DNA from: a virus
Virus record (IMG/VR): IMGVR_UViG_3300003937_000343
Coordinates: 6,693-70,692 of that record
Strand: one strand, 5' to 3'
Length of the DNA: 64,000 nt
Under the pieces are notes generated by a model, which saw nothing but the letters and a program-made list of their open reading frames with translations, was not told the origin of the DNA and did not search any database. The position numbers and the translations under genes are program-made. Below are positions 11,050-21,170 of the stretch, in pieces. Position 1 is the stretch's first letter; every line of letters begins with the position of its first letter.

Positions 11050-12084
11050 ATGTCAACAGCAGCAGGACAAAACTTATCATTAGGAAAATTAAGACGAGCA
11101 ATCGATGGAAACGATTCGTATACCGCCGAATTTGCTATGTCTACTGCCAAAGGTTCTTCAGCTACTGTTCAAATGAGTGAATTTTCTATTAGTTCAGTAG
11201 ATAGTGTTAGTGGATATGCTTATTTATGGGAATCAACTGCAGAAACCTATACAATGAACTTTAGTAATGCAGGTGCTTTATTTTTATCAAAAATAGCAAG
11301 TAGAGATGAAAATTTTACTTGGTCGGATAATAGTTCGATTTTAAGTGTTGCAGGTGATTATACTGCTACAGTAACAGCGGGTGCAATTTCAAATGCAAAT
11401 ACTGGTACTGGAGCAGATGATGATTGGTATGCAGCGGGAACTAATAATGCAGCTGTAGCAGTTACAGGTTCATTTAATGAAGATGGACAAAGTAATGGAT
11501 TTAATGATCATGCTACAAATTATAATACTAATTTATACAAAACACTTACCATTGTGGATAGTTATGGTGGTTCACCAAGTTGTTTATTAATTGGAACACC
11601 AATAGATATGGCAGATGGAACTATTAAAAATGTAGAAGATTTAGAAATTGGTGATGAAGTTTTATCAATGAATATGCCAGGTCAACTTGATGAGGATAAT
11701 GATGATTGGAGAAGTTGTAGATTTTCTGATGAGAAAACAGAAACATTTACACAACATTCTGCAAGTGTTCAAGATATTAATTTTGATTTTGCTTACAATT
11801 ATTGGGATATAAATGATGGAATGGAAAAAATTACAGGTGAACATGAAATGTTATATAAACCATTAAATGAAAATACTTGGATGTGGCAATTAGTTCCAAA
11901 TATGAGAGTTGGTGCAAATGTAATGGATAAAAATGGAAATGAAGTTGAGATTACTTCTTTAGAAAATGTTGTAGATAATGATGAGGGGTTTGAAGTAGTT
12001 CAGATTGATGTTGAACCATTGGATGTATATTTTGGTCAAACATTCTTAGTACACAATAAAGGAAGTGATTCGAATCCATTCTAA
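11050..12084 (+). CDS. Virion-like protein with C-terminal Hint (intein-like) domain
   Basis: CLLIGTPIDMADG block A (Cys at 11581), TGEH block B, and terminal LVHN (ends 12057) followed by KGSDSNPF. Confidence 0.8.
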   Translation: MSTAAGQNLSLGKLRRAIDGNDSYTAEFAMSTAKGSSATVQMSEFSISSVDSVSGYAYLWESTAETYTMNFSNAGALFLSKIASRDENFTWSDNSSILSVAGDYTATVTAGAISNANTGTGADDDWYAAGTNNAAVAVTGSFNEDGQSNGFNDHATNYNTNLYKTLTIVDSYGGSPSCLLIGTPIDMADGTIKNVEDLEIGDEVLSMNMPGQLDEDNDDWRSCRFSDEKTETFTQHSASVQDINFDFAYNYWDINDGMEKITGEHEMLYKPLNENTWMWQLVPNMRVGANVMDKNGNEVEITSLENVVDNDEGFEVVQIDVEPLDVYFGQTFLVHNKGSDSNPF

Positions 12085-12117
12085 TAGTATAAAGGTTAAT
12101 AACTAATAAAAGGTTTT

Positions 12118-12756
12118 ATGAAAAATTCAATATTAAATTATGATTATATAATGAATTATATCACAACGAATGAAGGAGAAGAAGTTCCTTATCGTTGGAG
12201 TCATGGTGCAGATGATATGCATCTTGGAGATGGTATGATTGTTTATTCATTAATATACTTTCACAAATTTAAAAATTTAGTTTGTTTAGGTAGTGGTGGT
12301 GGATATATTCCACGAATAATGACACAAGCAAGGTATGATTTATCACAAGAGGGATTTTACAAAGAAGTAAGTATGGAATGGGGAGATAATGGAAGTACTT
12401 ATATTGTAGATGCTTGTAATGGTTTTAACGGAGAGGTTGATTGGGCAGAAGAAGATAGTTTATTTAGAAGACATTTCCATCCAAAGTTTATAAAAGAAAC
12501 TACAGAGAATGCATATCATAATTTTTTTGTAAAACAAGATATTAAAATAGATTATTTACATATAGATGCTGACCACACATTTGAGGGAGATAATTTTATA
12601 GAATTAGAAGGACATACGGGAGATGATTTATCAGGCCCAAGTGAATTTATTAAAACAATAGATAAAAGAAAATTTGAAGTATTTAATTTATTTAATCACG
12701 GAATTAGAAAAGATTTCCCAAGTTCTACAGGAATAACAATAGTGAGGAAAAAATGA
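12118..12756 (+). CDS. Class I SAM-dependent methyltransferase (Methyltransf_24-like), possibly with an internal in-frame deletion
   Basis: VCLGSGGG motif I and IDYLHIDADHTFEG. The usual downstream GGxIxxHD segment is absent. Confidence 0.65.
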   Translation: MKNSILNYDYIMNYITTNEGEEVPYRWSHGADDMHLGDGMIVYSLIYFHKFKNLVCLGSGGGYIPRIMTQARYDLSQEGFYKEVSMEWGDNGSTYIVDACNGFNGEVDWAEEDSLFRRHFHPKFIKETTENAYHNFFVKQDIKIDYLHIDADHTFEGDNFIELEGHTGDDLSGPSEFIKTIDKRKFEVFNLFNHGIRKDFPSSTGITIVRKK

Positions 12757-14357
12757 ATAAAAATAAACAGATAAATTTAGCATGGCTTCCATTTGGATAT
12801 TCTTATTCTATGCCATTGTCTTTGGGATATGTGAAGGCTATTTTAAATAAGAATGATTATACAAATGTAAAAGTTTATGATATGAATCAAGACTTTTGGG
12901 TTAAGAACAATATGAAAGTTGGAAATACTCATTTCTATGATAGATATCAAACATTATTACAGAATGTAACAAGTTGGAATAATCCTGAAAATTATTATTC
13001 TAAAATACATACATTGAGTGGGGTTAAAGAATTAATAGATGAATATGCAGATATATTACTTACAGATAATCCAAAGATTGTAGGTTTTTGTTTATTCAAT
13101 ACAAATATATGGTTTACAATAGAAGTATGTAAAGTATTAAAAGTAAAGAATCCTGATGTAAAAATTATAGTTGGTGGGCCAGAAGCAACTGTAACATATC
13201 ATGATAAAAATCATAAATTAAGAGAAGTTTTACAGGATGATATAATTGATGTAGTAGTATTTGGTGAAGGAGATATTACTGTTGTTGAAGTTTGTGATAC
13301 TATTATGAAAGATGAATATGATTATGAAAATATTTTAGGAATTTTTTACAGAGGAAAGGATGGTGAAATTAAAAATACAATATGGCGACCATTTATTTCA
13401 GATATAGATACAGTTCCAATTCCAGATTATAGTGATATTGATTTTAGTAAGTATGAACAACCTGAAATACCAATAGTGATGAGTAGGGGTTGTAATTATG
13501 GTTGTATTTATTGTGGTGTGAAATTATATTGGGGGAAGGCTAAAGATTTTAGAAAAAGGTCAGCTCAAAATATAATGGATGAAATAATAAAATTGGAAAA
13601 AGATGGATGTTTCCCACCTGATAAATTTAATTTTGTTTCATTTAAGGCCGCATATATTAATACTGGTATGTCATTTAACGATGATACAATTTTAAATGAT
13701 TTATGTGATTTATTAATTGAAAGATACGGTAAAAATGAAGTTCCATTTCAATGGGCTGGATATGCGAGAGTAGATAAGAATCTTACTCCAGAATTATGTA
13801 AAAAAATGTATTTAGCAGGATGTCATCATTTGACATTTGGTTTTGAAAGTGGTAGTGCACGAATAAATAAAGAAATGAGAAAAGGTTATAATTTTAAAGA
13901 TTATAATAATGATTATGCAGTAAGTGTATTTAAAAATTGTATGGAAAATGGAGTTATGCCAGTATTGTTTTTAATTATTGGATATCCTACTGAAACAGAA
14001 GAAGATTTTCAAAAAACAATGAAATTTTTGAAAGATAGTAGAAAGTATATTGATGCAGTTTATTGTATGAGTACATTTATTTTAAGTAAGGAAATGATGA
14101 GTGAGGATCCAAAGTGGGGTAAAGAAAGATTTCATCTTCGGTCTGCAAGAGGTGGTGGTGGAGATATGGTAGAAGATTTACATGCCGTAGAATGGGAAAG
14201 TGAAGTTAATACTTATGAAGAAAGAGTACGAAGATTAGAAGAATTTAAAAAGTATTCAGAAGAAGTAGGTTTAACATCAATAACACCGAGATTGCCTGAC
14301 GATGCTATTGCACAATCTACTCCAGATGGAACTCCATTACAAGTATTAGAAGAATAA
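12753..14357 (+). CDS. Cobalamin-binding radical SAM enzyme (class B methyltransferase-like)
   Basis: PLSLGYVKA, IIVGGPE and VVFGEGD in the B12 domain; SRGCNYGCIYC (CxxxCxxC); GFESGS; IIGYPTETEEDF. Confidence 0.85.
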   Translation: MNKNKQINLAWLPFGYSYSMPLSLGYVKAILNKNDYTNVKVYDMNQDFWVKNNMKVGNTHFYDRYQTLLQNVTSWNNPENYYSKIHTLSGVKELIDEYADILLTDNPKIVGFCLFNTNIWFTIEVCKVLKVKNPDVKIIVGGPEATVTYHDKNHKLREVLQDDIIDVVVFGEGDITVVEVCDTIMKDEYDYENILGIFYRGKDGEIKNTIWRPFISDIDTVPIPDYSDIDFSKYEQPEIPIVMSRGCNYGCIYCGVKLYWGKAKDFRKRSAQNIMDEIIKLEKDGCFPPDKFNFVSFKAAYINTGMSFNDDTILNDLCDLLIERYGKNEVPFQWAGYARVDKNLTPELCKKMYLAGCHHLTFGFESGSARINKEMRKGYNFKDYNNDYAVSVFKNCMENGVMPVLFLIIGYPTETEEDFQKTMKFLKDSRKYIDAVYCMSTFILSKEMMSEDPKWGKERFHLRSARGGGGDMVEDLHAVEWESEVNTYEERVRRLEEFKKYSEEVGLTSITPRLPDDAIAQSTPDGTPLQVLEE

Positions 14358-14364
14358 GTATGGT

Positions 14365-15211
14365 ATGAATATAAATTTAGTTACAGTATGTGGCCATAAC
14401 ACGACAATGTTATACCATATGTTACGACATTATAAACCAATTGTCAAGAACTTTTTTGTAAATATTTATGCAAGAAGACCCAATTATAAATGAGGCAACT
14501 TCTATATGTAATGAGTTAGATATAGAACCACACAAAGTTTGGATTGAAAAACCATTTAATTGGAAACGAGTTACAGAGATTTATAATGAAACCACATCAT
14601 TAAAACCTGATGAGTGGTGGATAGTTGCGGATGATGATGAATTACAATTATATTCTAAACCAATAGAAGAAATTATAGATGAGTGTGAAGAAACTGGATA
14701 TGAATTTGTAACTGGAGGATTTATAGATAGAATTGGAGAAAATGGAACATTTCCAAAAATTACTATGGAATCAAATATATGGAAAGAAATGCCAAATGCT
14801 GGATTCTTTCGTTATCCATTGAGTAAGGCAGAAGCAAATAAGGTTACATTATTAAAAGGTAAGCATAATGTAGTACCAGGTCAACATTTTATTGATTTTG
14901 GAAATGGAGAAACTTCGTGGGGAGATACACACCCATTAAGATATCCTACAAAAAAGAATTTTACACAAGTACACCATTTTAAATGGGATTACACAGTATT
15001 AGAACGATTAAAACAAGTAAGTACTTCTAAACTATCAGAGGCATTTTCAAATGAATATGCACTAATGTTAAAATCAATTCAAGATAGAGATTTCACAATT
15101 GATTTAAATGAACGAGAGTTTATGTTTGAAAGAATAGAAACACCAAATTATTCACAGTATAGAAAATGGAAAATTCTTACTGAAAAAATATTGAAGATTA
15201 AGGATTTATAA
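14365..15211 (+). pseudogene. GT2-like glycosyltransferase split by a frameshift near 14465-14490
   Basis: ATG 14365 gives MNINLVTVCGHNTTMLYHMLRHYK..., which stops near 14490. The second frame (14468..15211) carries WWIVADDDEL and HHFKW. Confidence 0.6.
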
Positions 15212-15212
15212 T

Positions 15213-15221
15213 GATATTTAT
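15213..15221 (+). promoter_or_regulatory. Putative late promoter GATATTTAT
   Basis: Intergenic; followed by AAGGAG and ATG 15254. Confidence 0.55.
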
Positions 15222-15253
15222 TATAAAGTTATAAGACTATAAGGAGTTATAAA

Positions 15254-15466
15254 ATGGCTGAAAAATCAAAAACACCAGATGATTCACTACTCTTAGAAGA
15301 GAGAAAAGTAAAAGCATTAGAAAAGATTGCTAATGTTTTAGATGCTCTAACGATTTGGTTCGAAGAAATCGAGAAAAGTGAGTGGAGTGATAGATTACAA
15401 TGGTATTTAGCAGAATACTATACTAAGTTTGTAGATGGTGAAAAACCAAAAGAAGAGAAAAAATAA
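15254..15466 (+). CDS. Small hypothetical protein
   Basis: 70-aa ORF with strong SD (AAGGAG); TAATG-coupled to the next gene. Confidence 0.7.
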   Translation: MAEKSKTPDDSLLLEERKVKALEKIANVLDALTIWFEEIEKSEWSDRLQWYLAEYYTKFVDGEKPKEEKK

Positions 15467-16899
15467 TGAAACTTGGTGTAATCGTTCCGTATAGAAAACG
15501 ACCATCACATCTTCGTAAGTTTCAATTTGAAATTAAACAATATCTTAAAGATTATGATTATGAACTAATCGTGGTTGAACAAAATGATGATTTACCATTT
15601 AATCGTGGTAAGTTATTAAATATAGGTTTTAAAGTAGCATTAAGAAAACAATGTGATTATGTAGTGTTTCACGATGTAGATATGTTACCAGTTGATGTAG
15701 ATTATTCTTATTCAGATGTTCCAATTCATCTTGCTACAAATTTCACAAATTCCAAAAGAGAAATATTTAAAACTTACTTCGGTGGAGTAACAATGTTTCC
15801 AAGTGGATTATTTAAAAAAGTCAATGGCTTTTCAAATGAATATTGGGGTTGGGGATTTGAAGATGATGATTTGTTAATGCGATTAACAGAACAAAATGTA
15901 TTTACAGACTTTGAAATCTATGATGTTCCAAAGGAATCAACATCTGGCATTTATCTACACGGGGACGAAAGTTATGTTGAGTGTAATAATACAATAGACA
16001 CAACAAAAGATTTCACATTTCACATTACATTTAAACCAGACGACATTATACCCGACTACGATAAAGACTTTGATGAATATTGCGTATTTAGTATTCCAGG
16101 TTGGGATACAACCATATCATACAATTCTTTCAATAGATATAAATTTGAATGTTGGGATATTGGAAAAGAGTGTTATCAAATTACATCAGGTTATGATTAT
16201 CCAAAATTAACAAGGATTAGTGTAACTTACGATAAATCAAATAGATTATTGACTATGTATCAAGACGGAAAAGAAGTTGGATATAAAATTATATCAAGAA
16301 AATTATTAAATACTAAAAAAGAAAAATTTTATATCGGTATCGCTGATACAAGAGAAGATGATAGAAAAAGTTTTCGTGGGTTTGTAAGTGATTTTTGTTA
16401 TTGGGATACTACTTTAGCTCAAAATGAAATAGATGAATTTGTTGAAAATCCAGGTATGGGTTATTTAACTGATATTGGACAATACAGTTCTTCAAGAAAA
16501 TTAAAAGTATATTATGATTTTAAACATATTAAATTAAATAATCAATTTCAATATGAAAAGGGTAAAGTTATGAATTTAGTTAATGTGAGAAATTATGCTA
16601 CCACATATAATTGTATTCCTAAATCACAACTTGAATTAGACCGTAAAAGAATAGCAATACCTGCTAGAAGAAAATCCACATTTGAAATGGTTTCTCATAA
16701 ACCTGAGGGATATTTTGAAGGTGGATGGAAATCTAAATCAACTCGTTTAAATCAAATCAAATTTTATAATGAGGTGTTACAAAATAAAACTAATTTAGAA
16801 GAAGATGGATTGTCTACTTTGATATATAAAACCATTTCTAAAACAGAAGATAAAAAGTATACATTTTTATCAATTGAGAATTTAGAAGGTTATAAATAA
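15466..16899 (+). CDS. GT7 (beta-1,4-galactosyltransferase-like) glycosyltransferase with inserted LamG/ConA-like domain
   Basis: IVPYR, FNRGKLLNIGF, FHDVD, YFGGV, NGFSNEYWGWGFEDDD, then a beta-sandwich insert, then C-terminal DGLSTLIY. Confidence 0.85.
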   Translation: MKLGVIVPYRKRPSHLRKFQFEIKQYLKDYDYELIVVEQNDDLPFNRGKLLNIGFKVALRKQCDYVVFHDVDMLPVDVDYSYSDVPIHLATNFTNSKREIFKTYFGGVTMFPSGLFKKVNGFSNEYWGWGFEDDDLLMRLTEQNVFTDFEIYDVPKESTSGIYLHGDESYVECNNTIDTTKDFTFHITFKPDDIIPDYDKDFDEYCVFSIPGWDTTISYNSFNRYKFECWDIGKECYQITSGYDYPKLTRISVTYDKSNRLLTMYQDGKEVGYKIISRKLLNTKKEKFYIGIADTREDDRKSFRGFVSDFCYWDTTLAQNEIDEFVENPGMGYLTDIGQYSSSRKLKVYYDFKHIKLNNQFQYEKGKVMNLVNVRNYATTYNCIPKSQLELDRKRIAIPARRKSTFEMVSHKPEGYFEGGWKSKSTRLNQIKFYNEVLQNKTNLEEDGLSTLIYKTISKTEDKKYTFLSIENLEGYK

Positions 16900-16901
16900 A
16901 T

Positions 16902-18326
16902 ATGAAGTTAGGAATTTGTATTCCATATCGAGACATCGGTGATGGTGTTCGTAAACAACACTTGGACAAGTTAGTACCGCATTTAGAAAAGTTCCTTGGC
17001 GATAGGAATATAGACTTCAGATGTTACATTGGACACCAAGTTGACGAAAAGAAGTTTAATCGTAGTGGTACGAAGAATGTTGCATTCCTTGCTGCTAAAG
17101 AAGATGGGTGTGATTATGTAGCATTTCATGATGTGGATATGTTACCAAAAGATGATTGTGATTACTCACATCCTGGTGATACACCTAAACATATTGCAAC
17201 TTATTTATCTCAATGGGATAATACATTAAGAGATATTCATTATTTTGGTGGAGTAGTGATATTCACTATAGAACAATTTGAAAAAGTAAATGGATATCAA
17301 ACAGATTATTGGGGATGGGGATTTGAAGATGATGATTTATTTTGGAGATGTATTCAGAAAGGATATTTTAAACCAAGTTATATTGAATCTCCAGGTAATA
17401 CTAAAGTTTTACAATTTGATGGAGAGGAAACTTATATAAAAATACCAATAACTAATAGTATAATGAATATTCCAAATAAAAGTTGTGAAATAGAAGCTAT
17501 AGTTTATTCAGAAATAGAAAGTGAAGATAAAGAATTTTTAATTGGAAATGATATAGGACATTTAAAATATCCAATAGTATCAAGGAAAGGTTGGGATTTT
17601 GACATATCGTATAATAATTCTAAAGCATTTTCTTATTGTTTGTGGGGAGTTAAAAATGAATTAAATTATGGTTGGATGATGAGATATCCAAATCAATGGA
17701 GTAAAGTTAATTTTAAAGTAGATACATATGAGAGAAGTAGAACGATTACTATTAATGATGAGATATATAGTGAGAAATTTGGCCCACAAAAGTCAGTCTT
17801 ACCATTTGAAGGTGATTTGAAAAGATATGGTACAACACCATTTTATATTGGAAAGAATCCACCAAATAAGTATGATCCAATGAGAGATAGAAATCGTCCA
17901 TTTAAAGGTAAGATGTATTCGATAAAGATGTGGAATGATAAAAAAGAATTAGTATTACATTATGACATGAGTAAGTCTTGGAGAAGAGATAAATTATTAG
18001 ATTTGAGTGGAAATGAAAATCATGGTGAGTTGGTAATTGGAAATGGAAAAATAACTAAAGATAATGTTCAGTTAGGAAAAACAATCACACCTGATAGAAG
18101 ATGGGGAACAATGGAATGTATGTATCATGATGATGAGGGAATAGTGGACAATAAGTTTAAAGGAGACCCCGAACAAACTTATAAAAATGAAGTGGTTTAT
18201 AAAAAAAGAATGCAAAAAGAAAAAATTAATATAGATAATAATGGATTAAGTGATATGAAATATAAGGTAGTTTCAACGGAAGTTGATATTTATAATAGAC
18301 ATAAGTTAATCAATGTGAGGTTTTAA
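16902..18326 (+). CDS. Second GT7 glycosyltransferase with inserted LamG-like domain
   Basis: IPYRD, FNRSGTKN, FHDVD, YFGGV, YWGWGFEDDD; insert ends LDLSGNENHG; C-terminal NGLSDMKY. Confidence 0.85.
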   Translation: MKLGICIPYRDIGDGVRKQHLDKLVPHLEKFLGDRNIDFRCYIGHQVDEKKFNRSGTKNVAFLAAKEDGCDYVAFHDVDMLPKDDCDYSHPGDTPKHIATYLSQWDNTLRDIHYFGGVVIFTIEQFEKVNGYQTDYWGWGFEDDDLFWRCIQKGYFKPSYIESPGNTKVLQFDGEETYIKIPITNSIMNIPNKSCEIEAIVYSEIESEDKEFLIGNDIGHLKYPIVSRKGWDFDISYNNSKAFSYCLWGVKNELNYGWMMRYPNQWSKVNFKVDTYERSRTITINDEIYSEKFGPQKSVLPFEGDLKRYGTTPFYIGKNPPNKYDPMRDRNRPFKGKMYSIKMWNDKKELVLHYDMSKSWRRDKLLDLSGNENHGELVIGNGKITKDNVQLGKTITPDRRWGTMECMYHDDEGIVDNKFKGDPEQTYKNEVVYKKRMQKEKINIDNNGLSDMKYKVVSTEVDIYNRHKLINVRF

Positions 18327-19762
18327 TGTCTGACGCAGTAAAAGAAAAAAATGAACTTTCAATTGAAAATGAACATTTCGTAAAAACAAAAAAGAAACTT
18401 GATAATATAGGTAAGGGTATGTGTTTAGCAAAATGGACACAAACAACCATACAATTACAAACAGGGCATACTCATAGTTGCCATCACCCTAAAACACATA
18501 AAGTTCCTTTAAAGGAATTAGATAGAAATCCGAGTGCTCTACACAACACTAAATTTAAAAAACAAAGACGAAAAGAGATGTTGAATGGTGCAAGACCTAA
18601 AGAGTGTGATTATTGTTGGAATGTCGAGGATACTTCAGATAGATTTTCAGATAGAGTTTTTAAATCACAAGAGAGTTGGTCATTGCCACACTTTGATGAG
18701 ATAGCAAATTCTGATTGGAGAGAAGATTTTAATCCAAGATATGTAGAGGTTGCTTTTTCAAATGCTTGTAATTTTAAGTGTAGTTACTGTGCTCCCGCAT
18801 ACTCAACAAAGTGGTTTGAAGAAATAGAGACTCACGGTGCATATCCAACAACCGATGAGTTTAATTCTTTTAAGTATAATCAATTAGAAGATAAAATGCC
18901 CATCCCAGTTCGAGATGCAAATCCATATAAAGACGCATTTTGGAAATGGTGGCCCGAGTTATATCAAGATTTACATACATTTAGAATAACAGGTGGAGAA
19001 CCATTATTAGCACCAGATACTTTTAAAGTATTGGATTACATTATAGATCATCCTAATCCAAATAAAAATTTACAATTTGCTGTAAATACTAATTTGGGTG
19101 GCCCTAAACAATTGATTGATAAATTTATTGAGAAGATAAAAAGAATAGAAGATGAAGAACGAGTTCGTGAACTTATTGTCTTTACTTCAGTTGAATCCTG
19201 GGGAAACCAAGCAGAATATATTAGACATGGTATGGATTTTAATTATTTTTGGGATAATGTAAATAGAATTCTGGAAAGTTCTTCAAAAGTAAATGTAACT
19301 AACATGGCAACTTACAATGCACTTTCAGTTCCTAATTATCATAAATTGATTAAAGGTATGTATGATTTAAAAATAAAGTTTGGTTCATCAGAGAGATATT
19401 GGAAATCTGCAGTATTTTTGGATTCAAGTTATTTACGATATCCAACACACCAAACCGTTCAAGTATTACCCGATGAATGGAATCAATATATATTGAAACA
19501 TGCTCAGTTAGTTGATTACTATGGTGTTCCTTTATTTGATCATAATTATATCGGTTATTCTGATATAGAGATTCAAAAAATAAAAAGAATTTATGATTGG
19601 AAAATTGCAGACTGGGATGGTAAAGCAAAACAAGTAAAGGAACAACGATATAACTTCGGTAAATTCTTTAAAGAACATGACAAAAGAAGAGGAACTGATT
19701 TTTGTAAAACTTTTCCAGAGTTAGCTGATTTTTATCGTAAATGTTTGGAGATTAGATTATGA
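18326..19762 (+). CDS. Radical SAM protein with N-terminal Cys cluster (twitch/SPASM-like)
   Basis: CNFKCSYC motif, ITGGEPLL; N-terminal CLAKW...SCHH...CDYCW. Confidence 0.85.
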   Translation: MSDAVKEKNELSIENEHFVKTKKKLDNIGKGMCLAKWTQTTIQLQTGHTHSCHHPKTHKVPLKELDRNPSALHNTKFKKQRRKEMLNGARPKECDYCWNVEDTSDRFSDRVFKSQESWSLPHFDEIANSDWREDFNPRYVEVAFSNACNFKCSYCAPAYSTKWFEEIETHGAYPTTDEFNSFKYNQLEDKMPIPVRDANPYKDAFWKWWPELYQDLHTFRITGGEPLLAPDTFKVLDYIIDHPNPNKNLQFAVNTNLGGPKQLIDKFIEKIKRIEDEERVRELIVFTSVESWGNQAEYIRHGMDFNYFWDNVNRILESSSKVNVTNMATYNALSVPNYHKLIKGMYDLKIKFGSSERYWKSAVFLDSSYLRYPTHQTVQVLPDEWNQYILKHAQLVDYYGVPLFDHNYIGYSDIEIQKIKRIYDWKIADWDGKAKQVKEQRYNFGKFFKEHDKRRGTDFCKTFPELADFYRKCLEIRL

Positions 19763-20553
19763 TTACATTAGATGGTACACACGGTTGGGTTATAAGTTAC
19801 ACTAATAAGCATAACATTAGTGGTAAAGTAGTTGAGGATATTAATACTGGTAATTGGACATTTTGTACAAGTATTAAACCAGAATGGAATAAAGATAATC
19901 TTTTGATGAACATTGATGGTATAAATTATCGTGGTGGTGTATTATGTAGAAATGGAATGCATTCTGGTATATTTAATGTATTGTGGCAAACAGAAGATAA
20001 AAGTAAATGGTTAAAATCAATTAAAGGCGAAATTTGGTACGATACTCCTGGGGGAGAAACTGAGGTTGCTATCATGGAGTATAAAGTTAGAAATGAAGAA
20101 TGGATTGATATTATATTAAGTTATGATAGAAAAAGTTCAAAATTAAAATTACAAGCTAGAGAAGAGGGCGAAATAAACTGGGATATTCAAGAAATTGACA
20201 TTGATGGTGAGATAATAGATTATAGTGGTTCTCATGTTTGGATTGGGTGTGCGAATGGATTTGAGTCTTGTCCTGAACCACAATTTTATCAAGGACATAT
20301 TAGATGTCTTGGAGTTTTTAATTCTGTATTGACAGAATCCGATAGAGATAAGTTTTATAACGAGTATCAAGATTTTAAGGGCATTCCAAAATATTTTAGG
20401 TCAAATGCACATAAACGACAAGTTTATAATTTTGAAAAGATGAATCCATTAGCCCTTACAAACTTTAAAACTACAACACCATATAAAGCATTTGATTTTA
20501 GTGGAAATGGAAACCATCCAATAATTTATAAAAGAGAGTGGGGAGTTTATTAA
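19759..20553 (+). CDS. LamG/ConA-like domain protein
   Basis: WIGCANG...YQGHIRCLGVFNSVLT...FDFSGNGNH pattern, shared with the GT7 inserts. Confidence 0.55.
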   Translation: MITLDGTHGWVISYTNKHNISGKVVEDINTGNWTFCTSIKPEWNKDNLLMNIDGINYRGGVLCRNGMHSGIFNVLWQTEDKSKWLKSIKGEIWYDTPGGETEVAIMEYKVRNEEWIDIILSYDRKSSKLKLQAREEGEINWDIQEIDIDGEIIDYSGSHVWIGCANGFESCPEPQFYQGHIRCLGVFNSVLTESDRDKFYNEYQDFKGIPKYFRSNAHKRQVYNFEKMNPLALTNFKTTTPYKAFDFSGNGNHPIIYKREWGVY

Positions 20554-21170
20554 TGAATCATATTGAAATTCATGTTAGAAGAAAGATAAATAGTAAAGAT
20601 GTTTATCCGTATACTCATAATGAGGATAAAAGGACTTCTTTTTGGTTTGCTGTTGACCAATTTTTCCAAACGGTTCCCGAAAAAGTCGTTAACAATGATT
20701 GGTATGTCAAAAAAACATATAAAAATGAAGAATGCTGGAGAAATGAAAAAGAAATTTTAACCAAAATACAAAATTATTGGTGGGATAAATATGGAGATCT
20801 AAATCATAGTTTTAATACTCCATTTACTCCTGTTATTTTTAATAGTGATGAGAAGTCTCTTACGAATTATTTAACTTTTGTTGGTGTACCACTTAACCAA
20901 GTTAATAGGATTGAGGGTACAAATATTGATTTTGAAGTACAAATTGATAAAATTTTTAAATGTTTAAATAATTTACAGATATCTCCAACAGATGTATTAA
21001 AAGAACAAGAATTTTTATATAATTTAAATTTTAAAAGATTACATTTTTGTGATGCAGAATCATGGAAACAATATCCATCACAAACCGATAGTTTACTACA
21101 AAAGAATTTTGAATTAAAAGAGGGAATCGTAGAGTATCATAAGAGGTATTTTTCATATGATTATAAATAA
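20553..21170 (+). CDS. Hypothetical protein, possible degenerate kinase-like fold
   Basis: TAATG start. VKK...NEKEIL...TP...ISPTDV...LHFCDAE loosely follows kinase motif order. Confidence 0.4.
   Translation: MNHIEIHVRRKINSKDVYPYTHNEDKRTSFWFAVDQFFQTVPEKVVNNDWYVKKTYKNEECWRNEKEILTKIQNYWWDKYGDLNHSFNTPFTPVIFNSDEKSLTNYLTFVGVPLNQVNRIEGTNIDFEVQIDKIFKCLNNLQISPTDVLKEQEFLYNLNFKRLHFCDAESWKQYPSQTDSLLQKNFELKEGIVEYHKRYFSYDYK

Noticed and set aside
11581-12057. Classical mobile intein
   Set aside because: No homing endonuclease, the +1 residue is Lys, and only 8 aa follow. Reported as a Hint autoprocessing domain instead.
14449-14462. Programmed +1 frameshift at the T6 run in the GT2-like gene
   Set aside because: The +1 frame has TAA at 14459-14461 right after the run, so the frame change must lie further downstream.
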